Below are positions 1-12,680 of a stretch of DNA of 64,000 bases, in pieces. Within the stretch, counting starts at the first letter, position 1; each line of letters opens with the position of its first letter. The position numbers and the translations under genes were made by a program. This DNA comes from Octopus sinensis (taxonomy: Eukaryota). The notes beneath the pieces are model-generated. The model was not told where the DNA came from. It did not search any database and saw only the letters and a program-made list of their open reading frames with translations. The DNA is taken from positions 35,340,001 to 35,404,000 of the forward strand of contig NC_042999.1 of assembly GCF_006345805.1 (NCBI RefSeq), read 5' to 3'.

Positions 1-918
1 GTTTGTCTGTCCTTGTTTGTCCCCTCTGTGTTTAGCCCCCTGTGGGTAGTAAAGAAATAGGTATTTCGTCTGCCGCTACGTTCTGAGTTCAAATTCCGCC
101 GAGGTCGACTTTGCCTTTCATCCTTTCGGGGTCGATTAAATAAGTACCAGTTACGCACTGGGGTCGATATAATCGACTTAATCCGTTTGTTTGTCCTTGT
201 TTGTCCTCTCTGTGTTTAGCCCCTTGTGGGTAGTAAAGAAATAGGTATTTCGTCTGCCGCTACGTTCTGAGTTCAAATTCAGCCGAGGTCGACTTTGCCT
301 TTCATCCCTTCGGGGTCGAAAAATTAAGTACCAGTTACGCACTGGGGTCAATGTAATCGACCTAATCCCTTTGTTTGTCCTTGTTTGTCCCCTCTGTGTT
401 TAGCCCCCTGTGGGTAGTAAAGAAATAGGTATTTCGTCTGCCGCTACGTTCTGAGTTCAAATTCCGCCGAGGTCGACTTTGCCTTTCATCCTTTCGGGGT
501 CGATTAAATAAGTACCAGTTACGCACTGGGGTCGATATAATCGACTTAATCCGTTTGTTTGTCCTTGTTTGTCCTCTCTGTGTTTAGCCCCTTGTGGGTA
601 GTAAAGAAATAGGTACGTTCTGAGTTCAAATTCAGCCGAGGTCGACTTTGCCTTTCATCCTTTCGGGATCGAAAAATTAAGTACCAGTTACGCACTGGGG
701 TCGATGTAATCGACCTAATCCCTTTGTCTGTCCTTGTTTGTCCCTTCTGTGTTTAGCCCCTTGTGAGTAGTAAAGAAATAGGTATTTCGTCTACCGCTAC
801 GTTCTGAATTTTACTTTTCAGGGAAGATGAATTAAGTACCAGTTGCGTACTGATGTCGATCTAATCGATTGGCCTCCTCCCCCAAAATTTCGGGCCTTGT
901 GCTTAGAGAGGAAAAGAA
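1..918 (+). repeat. Tandem array of 184-bp SINE-derived units (about 5 units) with alternating A/B higher-order structure
   Basis: The ggtatttcgtc/ggtacgttc anchor recurs at 60, 244, 428, 612 and 781. Each unit matches the body and 3' end of the dispersed SINE seen intact at 7410-7634 and 46285-46520. Confidence 0.9.
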
Positions 919-1199
919 TATATGTTGTATGTATACAAAACATGTTCTTAGCTACGCACAGAATTGAAAACAATCTCTTATTTTCTAATTCTGGGCTTTG
1001 AATTTTTAGTATTTGATACACATCGAAACCGGTAATATTTTATAAAAGTCGGTTAATGTAACAAATATAGAAATAGTTATCCTACCAGATTAAAGGAAAA
1101 AGAAGTAAAAAAATCTTTACACATACTTCCGGGTTGTGTCCATCTTTACTTTTTACCTATAACCTTTGATTTACGTGAATGTTTAACCCCCCTTGCAAC

Positions 1200-1285
<86 letters not shown>

Positions 1286-1457
1286 AATATTAGGGAATAT
1301 ATCCAAATTTACAGGGAAAAAAAATCAGATTTAGGATTAAATCCAATTTTATAGTAAATATTATAAAATATTATTTGAGACAAAACCACTATTTTGCAAA
1401 ACAAACAAGGAAAGACTTAATCAATACATAAAATTTAATAAATAGTCAAAAAAACCG

Positions 1458-1499
1458 CCACTACAATCGTTTCTGTCTTGATCGACAATCTTCAGGTGG
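1458..1499 (-). ncRNA. Minimal type I hammerhead ribozyme (left arm copy)
   Basis: Minus strand reads ccac-CTGAAGA-ttgtc gatcaa gaca-GAAAC-gatt-GTA-gtgg. Stem II is one nucleotide shorter on the 3' side than in the right-arm copy. Confidence 0.7.
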
Positions 1500-3415
1500 A
1501 CTTCCAATCTAAAAAATCAAAATTTTAAAATATAAAAATAATACTTTTAAATATTAAAGTATAAATGAAAAAATATAAGTATATAATCCATATATAACCT
1601 ATATATAATCCATATCGAAAATATAGACTAATTACCACGAATTCCCTAAAAAAAACCATGATAAAACAAAACTCTTAAAAACATATAACGATAAAATCTC
1701 CCTTTGCTAAACTCTATAACAAACCTATAAAGTAAACCCCCTAACCTAAACATTCACACACAAATACACACACGTAAACCACAGACTCACGACTTATACA
1801 CATACCTATACTAACTTATAAACCTCAATATACACCAAAACCCACTCCCTCCCCACACAGACAAATAACACATACATCCCAAAACCTAAATAACAAACCC
1901 ATATACACATTCACACACAAAACACACACTCACACGCAAAACACTCACACACAAAAGATACATATACTCCCTCACATATACGCCTATACATACTCACTAA
2001 ACTCGACATATACAACAATACTTACACACCCACAAAAAACATTATATACATTTATGAGCTTTAACTCACCTTAGCATCTCTAACAAACAACTTGCAGTAA
2101 CCCAATCCCATTCTCTATGCCTACCTCACTACTACACTATTCCATTCACAATTCCAAGCAACGCTAGTCCACCACCCGGTTATTCACGTGGCAAAACGAA
2201 CACCACTCAAAAATTATGAATGAAACAATGTAAAAAAATAACCAACACCTAAAATAGACAAAATACCACGAATTACCTAAAAAAAACCATGATAAACCAA
2301 AACTCATAAAGCATATAACGATAAAATCTCCCTTTGCTAAACCCTATAACAACTTATATAGCAATCCCCCTAACCTAAACATTCACACACAAAAAACCCA
2401 CACGTAAACCACAGACCCAAGACTTATACACAAACCTATACTAACTTATAAACCTCAATATACACCAAAAACCACTCCCTCCCCACACAGACAAATTAAC
2501 ACATACATCCCAAATCCTAAATAACAAACCCAAATACACATTCACACACAAAACACACACACACGCAAACACACACACACAACAGATACATATGCTCCCT
2601 CACATATACGCATATACATACTCACTAAACTCGATATATACAACAATATTTACACCCACACTCATACAGATAAATAAATTAATTATACAATTAAAAACTC
2701 ACAACCAATCTCATATACATAAACACTCTTATGAAAACAACAATAAATACATCGTAATTAACCAGAATATCAAAAATAACATTATGACATAAGGATAAAT
2801 CAAATACATACTTACAATTCAGTTACAAATTATGAAGTGAAATTAGATTTTTAGCCGTTAAAAAACCAAACAAAATTACGTTACCATGGAAATAACTAAT
2901 GTAAAAAAAGAATACGCGCCATAGAAAGTAAACGTCATTCATAGAGAAATATAATAAATGGAACTAAAAACTATTTCCACGTAGCAAACCAACGCTACTT
3001 AAAAAAATTTATTATGAATGGATTCTTTAAAAACTATCATGAAAAATCAATTATATACATTTATGAGCTTTAGCTCACCCTAGCAACTCTAACAAACAAC
3101 TTACAGTAACCCATACTCAATGCCTACCTCATTACCACCCTAATCCATTCACAATTCCAAGCAACACTAGTCCACCACACGGTTACAATTCCCAACTCTA
3201 CCCATTCATTCACAATTTCAACGACGTTCCCTTCAACAACTCTACATATAAGCCTCAACATATACACAGGGAATTCGTGGTAATTAGTCTATATTTTCGA
3301 TATGGATTATATATAGGTTATATATGGATTATATACTTATATTTTTCATTTATACTTTAATTATTTAAAAGTATTATTTTTATATTTTAAAATTTTGATT
3401 TTTTAGATTGGAAGT

Positions 3416-3458
3416 CCACCTGAAGATTGTCGATCAAGACAAGAAACGATTGTAGTGG
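3416..3458 (+). ncRNA. Minimal type I hammerhead ribozyme (right arm copy)
   Basis: Stem I CCAC/GTGG, core CTGAAGA, stem II TTGTC/GACAA with loop GATCAA, then GAAAC, short stem III with loop GATT, and cleavage triplet GTA at 3452-3454. Confidence 0.8.
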
Positions 3459-4861
3459 CGGTTTTTTTGACTATTTATTAAATTTTATGTATTGATTAAG
3501 TCTTTCCTTGTTTGTTTTGCAAAATAGTGGTTTTGTCTCAAATAATATTTTATATATATATATATATATACAATAAAAATGGTAAACAATTTTCCTGTGG
3601 TTTTTCATGTAACCAACAATTATTTACCGGTAAATTTCGGTATGTAAATACGACAAAATAATTGTCAAGACCTTTGTAAGGTTCAGTATATAGTAAAGAA
3701 AAATAAGTTGGCTAGCAGCAAGCTGTTTCGCCTCATACCGAAGGAATTAGAAATGGCAGTCAAAGACCGTTTTTTCCATTTCTATAAGTGGAGATTCCAA
3801 AAACGAAGGCCCTTGCGGCTCACATACACAAATGTATATATATATATAAGAACATATATACATGTATATCCACATATATATACATATACACATATATATA
3901 CATACATGAATATATATTTACATATACATATATATATATATGTGTGTATGTGTGTATGTATGTATGTATGTATAGGTATGTATATCTGCCTGTAGATATG
4001 AATCTTTCGATAGAACTCACTCACATCTTCTACAGTGTGCACATTGGCATAAACGAATGGGAAATGAAACATTTTCTATAATCATACTCGGATCGATCGT
4101 GTATCAGTTTTTGCATTGCTATTCACATACACTGGTAAATAGATATCTTTAATTCAACACGAATAGCCTTGTAATACATTCTGCTTTTTTTTTTTTTTTT
4201 TTTTGTCTACATTGATGCATTTACACATGTCGATGATTCAGTTGAAAAATAATGAAACCTTCTTCTTAACGTAGTGAAAGAGTTTTAGAATGAAAATAAA
4301 TTAAATTCCATTACTGTCAGCTGTGCAACTCTTTTTCAAATAATAATCGAAATGGAATTGTTCGGTATTATTTATCTCATAGCTATTTTTGCGTTCTTCT
4401 TTGAGATTTTGTTCTCTGTTCTTTCTCCTCTTTTTTTTTTCAACCTTCTTTTCTAACTGCTTTCTTTTCTTTTGTCGATATATATCTTCCCTCTTGGATT
4501 TTTGACGAGAATTCCCTAAATAAGCATTGGGTTGTATTGAGATGGTTCTCTTAACAGGAATTATAATTCTTTAACAGGAATTATTCTCGAGGACAGAATA
4601 TTAATGAATAGATTCCGAACTAATGCTAAAACTCTTGACATATGCTTATTTAGTCAAACGAATTTTCCATTGATCAATGTTCAGATTTGATGATAACGAT
4701 GACAATAATAATTACTAAATAAGAATTATTTCAAATTTAGACACAAAACCAGAAATTTTGAGGGGAAGGGGAATTGATTATATTGACTTCCAGTTCTCAG
4801 CTGGTATTTATTATCAACCCCGAAAGATTTATCGACCTTGGTGACATTTGAACTAAAAGGA

Positions 4862-5241
4862 GCACTCCGCCGGTTACGACGATGAGGGTCCCAGCTGATA
4901 CGATCAACGGAACAGCTTGCTCGTGGAATTAACGTGCAAGTGGCTGAGCATTCCACAGACACGTGTACCCTTAACGTAGTTCTCGAGGAGATTCAGCGTG
5001 ACACAGAGAGTGACAAGGCCGGCCCTTTGAAATACAGGTACAACAGCAACAGGAAGAAAGAGTGAGAGAAAGTTGTGGTGAAAGAGTACAGCAGGGTTCA
5101 CCACCATCCCCTGCCGGAGCCTCGTGGAGCTTTTAGGTGTTTTCTCTCAATAAACACTCACAACGCCCGGTCTGGGAATCGAAACCGCGATCCTACGACC
5201 GCGAGTCCGCTGCCCTAACCACTGGGCCATTGCGCCTCCAC
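4862..5241 (-). mobile_element. tRNA-derived SINE (octopus OR-like head, tail type 1)
   Basis: Minus strand starts GTGGAGGCGCAATGGCCCAGTGGTTAGG (A box) and carries GGTTTCGATTCCC (B box). The same head occurs at 17288 (minus) and 63905 (plus). Confidence 0.85.
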
Positions 5242-5244
5242 ACA

Positions 5245-7320
5245 ATGATGGTAATGGAATACTGAATTGAGTGGACGAAAACAATGACTTGGAAAAGTGA
5301 ACATCAGACGCGGAATATTTCAAGGTGAAAGCTTACCTCCATTACTATTTATATTGGTCATGATACCGCTCAGATTGATATTGCGGAAAGTTAAAATATC
5401 TTACGATTTGGGAAAAGGATATGGTCAGATAAATCATCTTTTTTTTATGGATGGTATAAAGATTTATGCGAAAAATGAGAAACTGCGTGAAAAGCTTATA
5501 CGTACTATTCGTATTTTCCCAAATGAAGTAGGTATGGAATTTGAGATTGAAAAGTGCGCTATGATGAAAATGAAACGAGGAAGATTTGAAGGAAGCCAGG
5601 GTATTGAACCGCGAAATAGACAAACAATGAAAGCGGTTGAGGAAGGACAGTAGTATCAGTATTTGGGGATACCGGAAGCAGATGAAATATAATATGAAGA
5701 AATGAAGCAAATTACCAACAGAGAATACACAAGGCGTGTGAGAAAATTATTGCAGTCAAAGCTGAATGCAAAAAACGTTATTAAAGCAATAAATGCAAGA
5801 GCAGTGCCCGTAATCAGATAGTGAAGGCGCATGGCACAGTGGTTAGAGCGACGATCTTATGCCCGTGAGGTTGTGAGTTCGAATCCCGGACCGGGCTGCG
5901 TGTTGTGTTCTTGAGCAAGACACTTTATTTCACGTTGCTCCAGTTCACTCAACTGTTGAAATGAGTTGCGACGTCACAGGTGCCAAGCTGTATCGGCCCC
6001 TTTGCCTTTCCCTTTCCCTTGGATAACATCGGTGGCGTGGAGAGGGGAGGCTGGTATGCATGGGCGACTACTGGTCTTCCATAAACAACCTTGCCCGGAC
6101 TTGTGCCTTGGAGGGTAACTTTCCAGGTGCAATCTCATGATCATTCGTGACCGAAGGAGGGCTCCGACCCGTAATCAGATAAAGAGTGGGAATTGTAGAC
6201 TGGACCAAAACGGCATATAGAAACCTGACAGAAAAACTAGAAAACTGTTGATAATGTATAGAGCCCATCATCTGAAAGCTAATACCAGCCAGCTGTACTT
6301 GAAGAAAGATCAGAGTGAAAGAGGTTTAATTGTTGTGAAAGAGTGTGAACAGGTGGAAAGAAGAAGCCTACTATTCTGTTTACAGAATAGTACAGAGAAA
6401 TTATTAAAGACAGTGAATAAGGAACAGGTGATCAAAAGTGGAATAGGAGAAATTCAACGGGAACACGTTAGACAGATTGAAGAGAAACCTTTGCATGGTT
6501 AATTGTGGAAAGCCACTGAACGAGTATGTGGAGAAAAATCCTGGGCTTGGTTTAAAAAAAGGTCAATTAAAAAAAGAAACAGAGATCCTAATTGTAGCAG
6601 CTCAGGATCACACGCGATAAAAACAAACAACTTGAGGAAATATATATATAGGGAGAAGGTACCAGAAAAATGTAGAGTCCGTAGAACTTGGAACGAGACA
6701 AGGGCACACATTGCTGCAGAATGTCCCATGTTGGCACAGGAAGAACCTAAGAAATGAAAGCATGTAAAAGTTGTAAAAGTTTTACATTGGAAGCATTGCC
6801 AGAAATGGGGATTTAAAGCTAGAGACACATGGTATGAACATCGGGTCGATAGAGTTCTGGAGTTGGAGAAATGTAAGATTTTGTGGGACTTTCCAATTCA
6901 AGCGGACAAGAAGCTAGAAAATAATAGACTATATATAACAACAGTAGACAAGGAAACGCGAAGTTGTTTACTAATTGATCCATCATGTCCGTTTGATTCC
7001 AGGATCGTAAAGAAAGAAGACGAAAAAAAAGAGAAATACAATCCCTTAAAATATGAAATTACAAGAATTTGGAATATGAAATTTTGTGCCTATTTTGGTG
7101 CATTGGGAACTGTACGCAAAGATACAGACAAATGGTTGAAGGAGATTGGAATAGAGCTTCTACAGAAAGTTTGCCTCTTAGAGACAGGAAAGATTATCAG
7201 GAGGGTTCTAAGCACTTGAAAGATTATTGAAGGCTAGAGAATACCTAAGGAGGTTACAGATGGTAACCCGTTACCCACATAAATCCTACCAGGAATAAGA
7301 CTGAACCTGAGTCAAATCAA
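5245..7320 (+). mobile_element. Old degenerate R4/Dong-type non-LTR retrotransposon (RT, CCHC, REL endonuclease), fragmented
   Basis: ORF pieces include RRGIFQGESLPPLLF and NHLFFMDGIKIY (RT), CRVRRTWNETRAHIAAEC (CCHC), and ILWDFPIQADKKLENNR...LLIDPSCPFD...KKEKY (REL). The element ends in a taataatgatgataataat tail. Confidence 0.85.
5821..6167 (+). mobile_element. tRNA-derived SINE inserted in the old R4-like element
   Basis: A box TGGCACAGTGG and B box GAGTTCGAATCCC. A 14-bp TSD cccgtaatcagata lies at 5807-5820 and 6168-6181. Confidence 0.9.
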
Positions 7321-7409
7321 TAATAATGATGATAATAATTTTTTCTTCATTAACCATGAAGGGTTCACAAAAAGGTCAAGACAAAACATGACGGTACAAC
7401 TTGGGGTGC

Positions 7410-7634
7410 TAGTTGGCAGAAACGTTAGCACGCCGGGCGAAATGCTTAGCGGTATTTCGTCTGCCGTTACGTTCTGAGTTCAAATTCCGCCGAGGTCGAC
7501 TTTGCCTTTCATCCCTTCGGGGTCTATAAATTAAGTACTAGTTACGCACTGGGGTTGATGTAATCGACTTAATACCTATGACTGTCCTTGTTTGTCCCCT
7601 CTATGTTTAGCCCCTTGTGGGTAATAAAGAAATA
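7410..7634 (+). mobile_element. tRNA-derived SINE (abundant family, gtcgactttgcctttcatcc core)
   Basis: 17-bp TSD ggtacaacttggggtgc at 7393-7409 and 7635-7651. Further copies at ~8697-8907(-), ~11670-11910(+), ~12975-13210(+), ~14913-15125(+), 31052-31290(-), ~39618-39850(-), ~46285-46520(+) and ~56722-56918(-). Confidence 0.9.
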
Positions 7635-7941
7635 GGTACAACTTGGGGTGCACAAAAACATGTAAACAATGAAAAAACGGTCACTCTAACCACAAGAGCA
7701 AGCCTCCTCTCCGCGTCTCCCTCCCTCATTCTACAGGTGCATACTCAGATCACGGAACATTATTACCACTCTCATTCACCTTTCAACAAATTTGCTGTGA
7801 GGCAGCATTTCCCTCTCCACCATTAGTTTCCTTTTGGAATGAAACTTGAAAAAGTCTTCTATATTTAAGAGATGAGGAATTATGTACATTATTTACATTA
7901 TTTACATTTGACGGATATTTGTCCTCATCTTGTTTGTTGTT

Positions 7942-7987
7942 AACACAACGTTTCGGCTGATATACCCTCCAGCCTTCATCAGATATC
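7942..7987 (-). ncRNA. Hammerhead ribozyme motif in a PLE terminal-repeat fragment (~7860-8040)
   Basis: Minus strand reads gatat-CTGATGA-a-ggctg gagggtatat cagcc-GAAAC-GTT-gtgtt. Stem II is 5 bp with a bulged A, AACGTT is a palindrome of the type used for dimeric stem III, and stem I is mostly G-U wobble in this copy. Confidence 0.6.
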
Positions 7988-8039
7988 TTGGAGAAATTTC
8001 GAACCTAGGTTCTCATTCCTAAGCTATTTTTTCGATGTT

Positions 8040-8071
<32 letters not shown>

Positions 8072-8099
8072 ATTATTATTATTATTATTATTATTATTA

Positions 8100-8160
<61 letters not shown>

Positions 8161-8269
8161 CCTCATCATCATTATTATTCTTCAAGTCACTGCCTGGAAT
8201 CGAACTCGGATTCTTGGAGTTAGTAGCCCGCACTCTTAACAAGTATGCCACATGCCGGTGGGCATATGG

Positions 8270-8695
8270 CTTACTTGTTTGTCAGTTGTTTGACCCTAGC
8301 CAGTTGAGCATGTCCCTTGGTAGCTGACGATATGTTCATCTCTGATCACCAGCAGGAGTAGTGAAGGAGCATCATAGCCATGTGTGAGTTGAGAGGAATT
8401 CTTTGAGGTTTGAATAATTCACCTCTGGAAACGTGGGTGTTTCGTTCAACATCCTTAAACATCCCTTATTCAGAGATCTTTTGTGCGGGATGGGCTACTA
8501 GAGCGGAAGAAAATTCTGACTGGGCCCCACCTGCAAGGTCCACCATGTCGCGCACATATGGTTGTGTTGCATGTGCCTGGTATGCCCTTATAAGATGGGT
8601 AGTCATAATGAGTACATTGGCTTCGTATGTTGTACCCCAGTGTCACTTACATGCTATGCACTTCTCTCTCATTCAATAATAATAATAATAATAAT
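8270..8695 (+). mobile_element. Non-coding retroposon 3' segment ending in (TAA)n
   Basis: Ends ctctctcattcaataataataat. Part of it is duplicated in inverted orientation at ~15130-15263. Confidence 0.55.
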
Positions 8696-8904
8696 CTTTG
8701 CTATAGACACAAAGCCTGAAATTTGGTAGGATGGGGATAGCCAATTACATCGACCCCAGTACTCAACTGGTACTTATTTTATCGAATCCGAAAGGATTAA
8801 AGGCAAAGTCAACCTCGATGGAATTTGGACTCAGAACATAAAGACGGACGAAATGCTGCTAAGAACTTTGTCCGGTGCGCCAACGACTCTGCCAGCTCGC
8901 CGTC

Positions 8905-8971
<67 letters not shown>

Positions 8972-8974
<3 letters not shown>

Positions 8975-11088
8975 CTACTCCCAAAGAATAACGAAACCAA
9001 CCTTCCAAAAAACTATCGGCCTATAACCTGTCTATCCACCACGTATAAAATCCTAACATCTATCCTGGCGGAGAAAACATATGCATTCATGGAGAAGAAC
9101 GATATTTTCCCCATTGAACAAAAAGGGTGCCGCCGAGGCTCTTACGGATGCAAAGATCAACTGCTAATCAATCGTATGATCCTTGAGAACTGTCACAACA
9201 AGCGCAGAAATCTCAGCACCGCATGGATTGACTATAAAAAGGCCTTCGACAGTATACCGCATCCATGGATCTTGAGATCGCTGGACATCTTCAAAATTTC
9301 CCCTGTGATTTCAAACTTCCTGAAGCACAATATGTCGTTGTGGAATACGAATCTCCAATTATACCACTCTAATGGAGTACTTGCCTCAGAAAATATAAAC
9401 ATCAACTGTGGAATTTTTCAAGGTGACTCACTTTCACCTTTAATATTCTGCATAGCCCTAATACCCCTTACAAGTGAATTAAACAGAACAGGGTATGGGT
9501 ATAAAATTGCCTATAAAAAAATAAGCCATCTATTTTATATGGATGACTTAAAACTTTATGGTAAAGACAATAATGAACTTGAAGGCCTATTGCGCACCGT
9601 GAAAGCATTCAGCGATGACATCGGGATGGAGTTTGGACTTGAGAAGTGTGCCAAGGCCACTTTCCAGAAAGGGAAAGTGAAGACCACAAATTCAGTCGTG
9701 TTAGATGTTGACACAGTCATAAGAGAGCGTGAGCAAGAACAAACATACAAATATTTAGGGATAAATGAAGGCTCAGGTATTCAGCATGCAAGCATGAAAA
9801 AGAAAATCAGGAAGGAATGTTATAGGAGAGTTTGTGCAGTCCTGAAATCTGAACTAAATGCACGTAACAAGGTGTTAGCTATAAATTCCTTAGCAGTTCC
9901 AGTTGTTACTTATAGCTACAATGTGTTGAACTGGAATATGAGTGAAGTAAAGAATATAGATAGGAAAATACGCAAGCTGCTGAGTTGTAATAGGATGCAC
10001 CACCCAAAGGCAGACGTAGATTGCCTTTACCTTCCCAGAGCCCAAGGAGGTCGAGGCCTGATCCAATTTGAACTAGCTTACAAAACAACCACAATTGGAC
10101 TGGCCAAATATCTCGAAATATCGAATGACTGGATGCTAAAGCTCGTGGAAAATCACGAGAGACGAAAGAAGCTTCATTCTATCATCAAGGAAAGCAAAAG
10201 ATTTGCTACTGATCTCGTGCAGGATACCCAAACTGAACAACCCGAGGGAAGTACGGCAACTATTGTTGCAAAGAAGGTGAAAATGATGGCAATGAAAAAA
10301 GCGCACGAGCAATTGGCTGATAGGTGGGAGGAGAAACCTCTGCACGGCAAATATGTGACCCGCAGCAAACAAGCTGATGTTGACCAGAAGCAAACCCATC
10401 AGTGGCTACGGAGCTCAGGGCTAAAAGCAGAGAGCGAAGGTTTCATCCTGGCTGCTCAAGATCAAAGCCTATTAACCCGGAACTACCAGGCCAATGTGAT
10501 GAAAAATGGAGCAGACCCAAAATGCCGATTCTGCAACGACATGATTGAAACAGTGGACCACCTAATCTCTGGATGTAAAGTCTTAGCACCAGTGGAGTAT
10601 AAATTAAGACATGACAGAGTTGGCCAATATCTCCACTGGCTAATTAGTCGGCATTACAATATCAAAACTGCCGACAAGTGGTATAATCACCACCCTGAGG
10701 CTGTAACTGAAGGAGAAAATGTAACCATTCTGTGGGACTTTCCAGTACATACAGACCGAACCATCAAGGCCAATAAACCAGATATTGTTGTGAAAGACCA
10801 AAGCAATAAAGTTTGCTTATTGATCGACATGAGCATCCCCTGTGATCATAATATCTCAGCGAAAGAGTTTGACAAGCTCAGAAATATAAGGACCTACTCA
10901 TTGAAATTGAGAAAATGTGGCATCTCAAGGCGGTTACAATACCAGTGATCGTAGGAGCACTAGGAATGATCAAGAAGGGAACCGAAAATTATATGAGAAT
11001 GATCCCTGGCTTACCATCCCTGCAAGAAGTGCAAAAGATTGTCTTAACTGGTACATCACACGTATTGAGAAGAGAATTGTCGATGTGA
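8972..11088 (+). pseudogene. R4/Dong-type reverse transcriptase plus restriction-like endonuclease, 5'-truncated, one frameshift near 10875
   Basis: Motifs NYRPITCL, IDYKKAFDSIPH, GIFQGDSLSP, YMDDLKLY, CRFC..ETVDHLISGC..HD and NKPDIVVKD..LIDMSIP. A one-base shift at ~10875 restores KYKDLLIEIEKMWHLKAVTIPVIVGALGMI...LSM-stop at 11086-11088. Confidence 0.92.
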
Positions 11089-11259
11089 GAACTGTTGCTG
11101 CTCATGTATTTTAATTTAACTTAAAAAAAAAAAAAAAAAAAATGAACGAACTACTGAGTTTGGTTTAATGGCCTACCAATGTATACTATGAGTTTCTTTG
11201 CCCTAGGAGTCGGGAAGACACCCGGCAAGAAATGGAAGCAAATTTGAAAGAAGACGAAA

Positions 11260-11260
<1 letters not shown>
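8972..11260 (+). mobile_element. Young 5'-truncated R4/Dong-clade LINE inserted in a (TAA)n microsatellite
   Basis: (TAA)n flanks both ends (8907-8971 and from 11261). Nearly intact RT-CCHC-REL ORF followed by a ~170-nt 3' UTR. Confidence 0.92.
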
Positions 11261-11350
<90 letters not shown>

Positions 11351-12538
11351 TAGTAGTAGTAGTAGTAGTAGTAGAAGAAGAAGAAGAAGAAGAAGAAGAA
11401 GAAGAAGAAGAAGAAGAAGAAGAAGAAGAAGAAGAAGAAGAAGAAGAAGAAGAAGAAGAAGAAGAAGAAGAAGAAGAAACTACGATCAGTTTGTAAGACA
11501 TGTGAACGGCAAGACAGATACAAAGGACCGGTGTCTATCGAGCAGGAGGAGTGACCTGAAGATAGAGACAGAAGCACTTATATGCGCAGCTCAAGAACAA
11601 CTATCTGAAGTACAGAATAGACAACACTATCGACAGCGAAAAATGCAGCACGTGTGGTGGGAGGAGTGAAATGGTATTGGCACATCGAACTGGCAGAAAC
11701 GTTAGCACGTCGGGCGAAATGCTTAGCGGTATTTCGTCTGCGTTACGTTGGGAGTTCAAATTCCGCTGAGGTCGACTTTGCCTTTCATCCTTTCGGGGTC
11801 GATAAATTAAGTACCAGTTACGCACTGGGGGTCGATGTAATCGACTTAATACCTATGTCTGTCCTTGTTTGTCCCCTCTTTGTTTAGCCCTTGTGTGTAA
11901 TAAAGAAATAGGTATTGGCACATCGTTAGGGAATGCTCGAAATTGGCACAACGCGAATACAAAAGACGTCGTGACAATCTGACTAGAATGAACCATTGGA
12001 GCTCTATGAAAATCACGGCTTACAAAGAGCAAGATGTGGTATGAGCAAACCCCCGAAGGAGTCACCGAGAATGAGGATTGCAAAATTTTGTGGGATGCAA
12101 TGATCAAGTGCAGTCACCTGACCAGACGTCGGAAGACGGACATTGTTGTGGTGAATAAAAAAGAAAGAGCATGAATGATAATCGACATAGCATGGCCCAG
12201 TGACAACAGGATCAACGTGAAAGAAGAAGAAAAAATAAACAGCTATGACGATTCGAAGAAGGAATTACGAAGGTTGTGGTCAATGAGGAAAGTAGAGATG
12301 ATACCAATAGTAATTGGTACACTTGGAAGTATCAGCACTCAACTACCAACATGGTTAAAAAAATCGGTGCATGGGTAAAGGTAGAACACCTACAGAAATC
12401 AGTATCACTTGAAACTACAAGAATTCTTCGCAAGGTTCTTGAAGCATGACCAGTAAACAAGTGCCACCTTTGTCTGTTGGTCGTGAACAGCTGACACTTT
12501 TCATCATACCCAGCAAAAGAAGCTGTGAGTTTTCATCA

Positions 12539-12593
<55 letters not shown>

Positions 12594-12608
12594 TAATAAT
12601 AATAATAA

Positions 12609-12680
<72 letters not shown>

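Larger units (their letters stand above)
1362..3554. mobile_element. Penelope-like element relic with ~286-bp inverted terminal arms and internal partial tandem repeats
   Basis: 1362-1647 is the reverse complement of 3268-3554. Internal direct repeats lie at ~1632-2035 vs ~2262-2670 and ~2044-2190 vs ~3052-3190. There is a hammerhead motif in each arm, with (AT)n on both sides. Partial-tandem plus inverted pLTR structure is characteristic of PLEs. Confidence 0.75.
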
